A DNA stretch of 63,991 nt, the filler included, from Babesia bigemina (taxonomy: Eukaryota): the NCBI RefSeq assembly GCF_000981445.1. It is 4 parts of 4 records of this genome, joined end to end, with 100 filler letters (N's around TTAATTAATTAA, not from the genome) between each part and the next. Parts side by side here need not be neighbours in the genome. Positions count along the whole stretch, not along the records: positions 59,558 to 63,991 come from NW_012237342.1; 3 more parts are not named here. One strand, 5' to 3'. Below, one piece after another: positions 62,603-63,991 of this stretch (positions are counted from its first letter, which is position 1; each line of letters begins with the position of its first letter). Both the position numbers and the translations under genes were made by a program. Under the pieces are notes generated by a model. It saw only the letters and a program-made list of their open reading frames with translations, was not told where the DNA came from and did no database searches.

Positions 62603-63991
62603 GATGTAGAGTGGGTTAAGGAGCGATGTGGAGTGGATAAAGGGGCGATGTAGAGTGGGTAAGGGGCGATGTAAGTGGGTTAGGGAGCGATGTGGAGTGG
62701 ATAAGGAGCGATGTAGAGTGGATAAAGGGGCGATGTAGAGTTGGTAAAGGGGCGATGTAGAGTGGGTTAGGGAGCGATGTAGAGTGGCTTAGGGAGCGAT
62801 GTAGAGTGGATGAAGGAGCGATGTAGAGTGGATAAAGGAGCGATGAAGAGTGGACTAAGGAGCGACGTAGAGTGGATAAAGGGGCGATGTAGAGTGCGTA
62901 AAGGGGCGATGTAGAGTGGGTAAAAAAGCGATGTAGAGTGGGTAAAAAAGCGATGTAGAGTGGATAAAGGGGCGATGTGGAGTGGGTTAAGGGGCGATGT
63001 AGAGTGGATAAAGGGGCGATGTGGAGTGGATTAGGGAGCGATGTAGAGTGGGTAAAGGAGCGATGTAGAGTGGGTTAGGGAGCGATGTAGAGTGGATTAG
63101 GGAGCGATGTGGAGTGGGTAAAGGGGCGATGTAGAGTGGGTTAGGGAGCGATGTAGAGTGGATAAAGGGCGATGTAGAGTGGGTTAAGGGGCGATGTAGA
63201 GTGGATAAAGGGGTGATGAAGGGTGGTTAAAGGAGCGATGTAGAGTGGATTAAGGGGCGATGTAGAGTGGGTAAGGAGCGATGTAGAGTGGATTAAGGGG
63301 CGATGTAGAGTGGATAAAGGAGCGATGTAGAGTGGGTTAAGGGGCGATGTAGAGTGGATAAAGGAGCGATGTAGAGTGGATAAAGGGGCGATGTAAGGTG
63401 GGTTAGGGAGCGATGTAGAGTGGATTAGGGAGCGATGTAGAGTGGATTAGGGAGCGATGTAGAGTGGATAAAGGGGCGATGTAGAGTGGATAAGAAGCGA
63501 TGTAGAGTGGGTTAAGGAGCGATGAAGAGTGGATAAGGGAGCGATGTAGAGTGGATAAGGGAGCGATGTGGAGTGGGTTAAGGGGCGATGTAGAGTGGAT
63601 AAAGGGGCGATGTAGAGTGGGTTAGGGAGCGATGTAGAGTGGGTTAGGGAGCGATGTAGAGTGGATAAAGGGGCGATGTAAGGTGGATAAAGGGGCGATG
63701 TAAGGTGGATAGAGGAGCGATGTAGAGTGGGTAAAGGAGCGATGTAGAGTGGATTAGGGAGCGATGTAGAGTGGGTTAGGGAGCGATGTAGAGTGGATTA
63801 GGGAGCGATGTAGAGTGGATTAGGGAGCGATGTAGAGTGGGTTAAGGAGCGATGTAGAGTGGATAAAGGGGCGATGTGGAGTGGGTTAGGGAGCGATGTA
63901 GGGTGGGTTAAGGGGCGATGTAGAGTGCGTTAGGGAGCGATGTAGAGTGGGTTAGGGAGCGATGTGGAGTGGGTAAGGGGGCGATGTAGAG
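62603..63991 (-). repeat. 22-bp satellite
   Basis: Direct periodicity to the window end. Confidence 0.97.

Overview
Eukaryotic DNA, almost certainly from a Babesia (piroplasmid) parasite; B. ovata/bigemina-like is my recollection-level guess. The window is four assembly pieces (1-24585, 24686-42716, 42817-59457, 59558-63991) joined by artificial N44-TTAATTAATTAA-N44 linkers, so adjacency across the linkers is not biological. It is a variant surface antigen (ves/VESA-like) region: six long ves-like ORFs plus fragments, arranged head-to-tail and separated by ordered tandem-repeat cassettes (12-, 20-, 22-, 24- and ~75-bp units), with two small Cys-rich single-pass membrane genes. The main finding is three near-identical copies of a single-ORF non-LTR retrotransposon (RT + CCHC + restriction-like endonuclease, R4/Dong-like) with the same tail-less 3' end. 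Each 3' end is joined directly to ves coding or leader DNA, which is unexpected in a lineage generally regarded as transposon-poor. Other highlights: a ~75-bp repeat in which each unit looks like an exon plus a ~34-nt GT-AG intron, a G4/telomere-like satellite upstream of ves genes, two micro-ORFs, and signs of mosaic recombination. All comparisons were made by eye; no database search was run.
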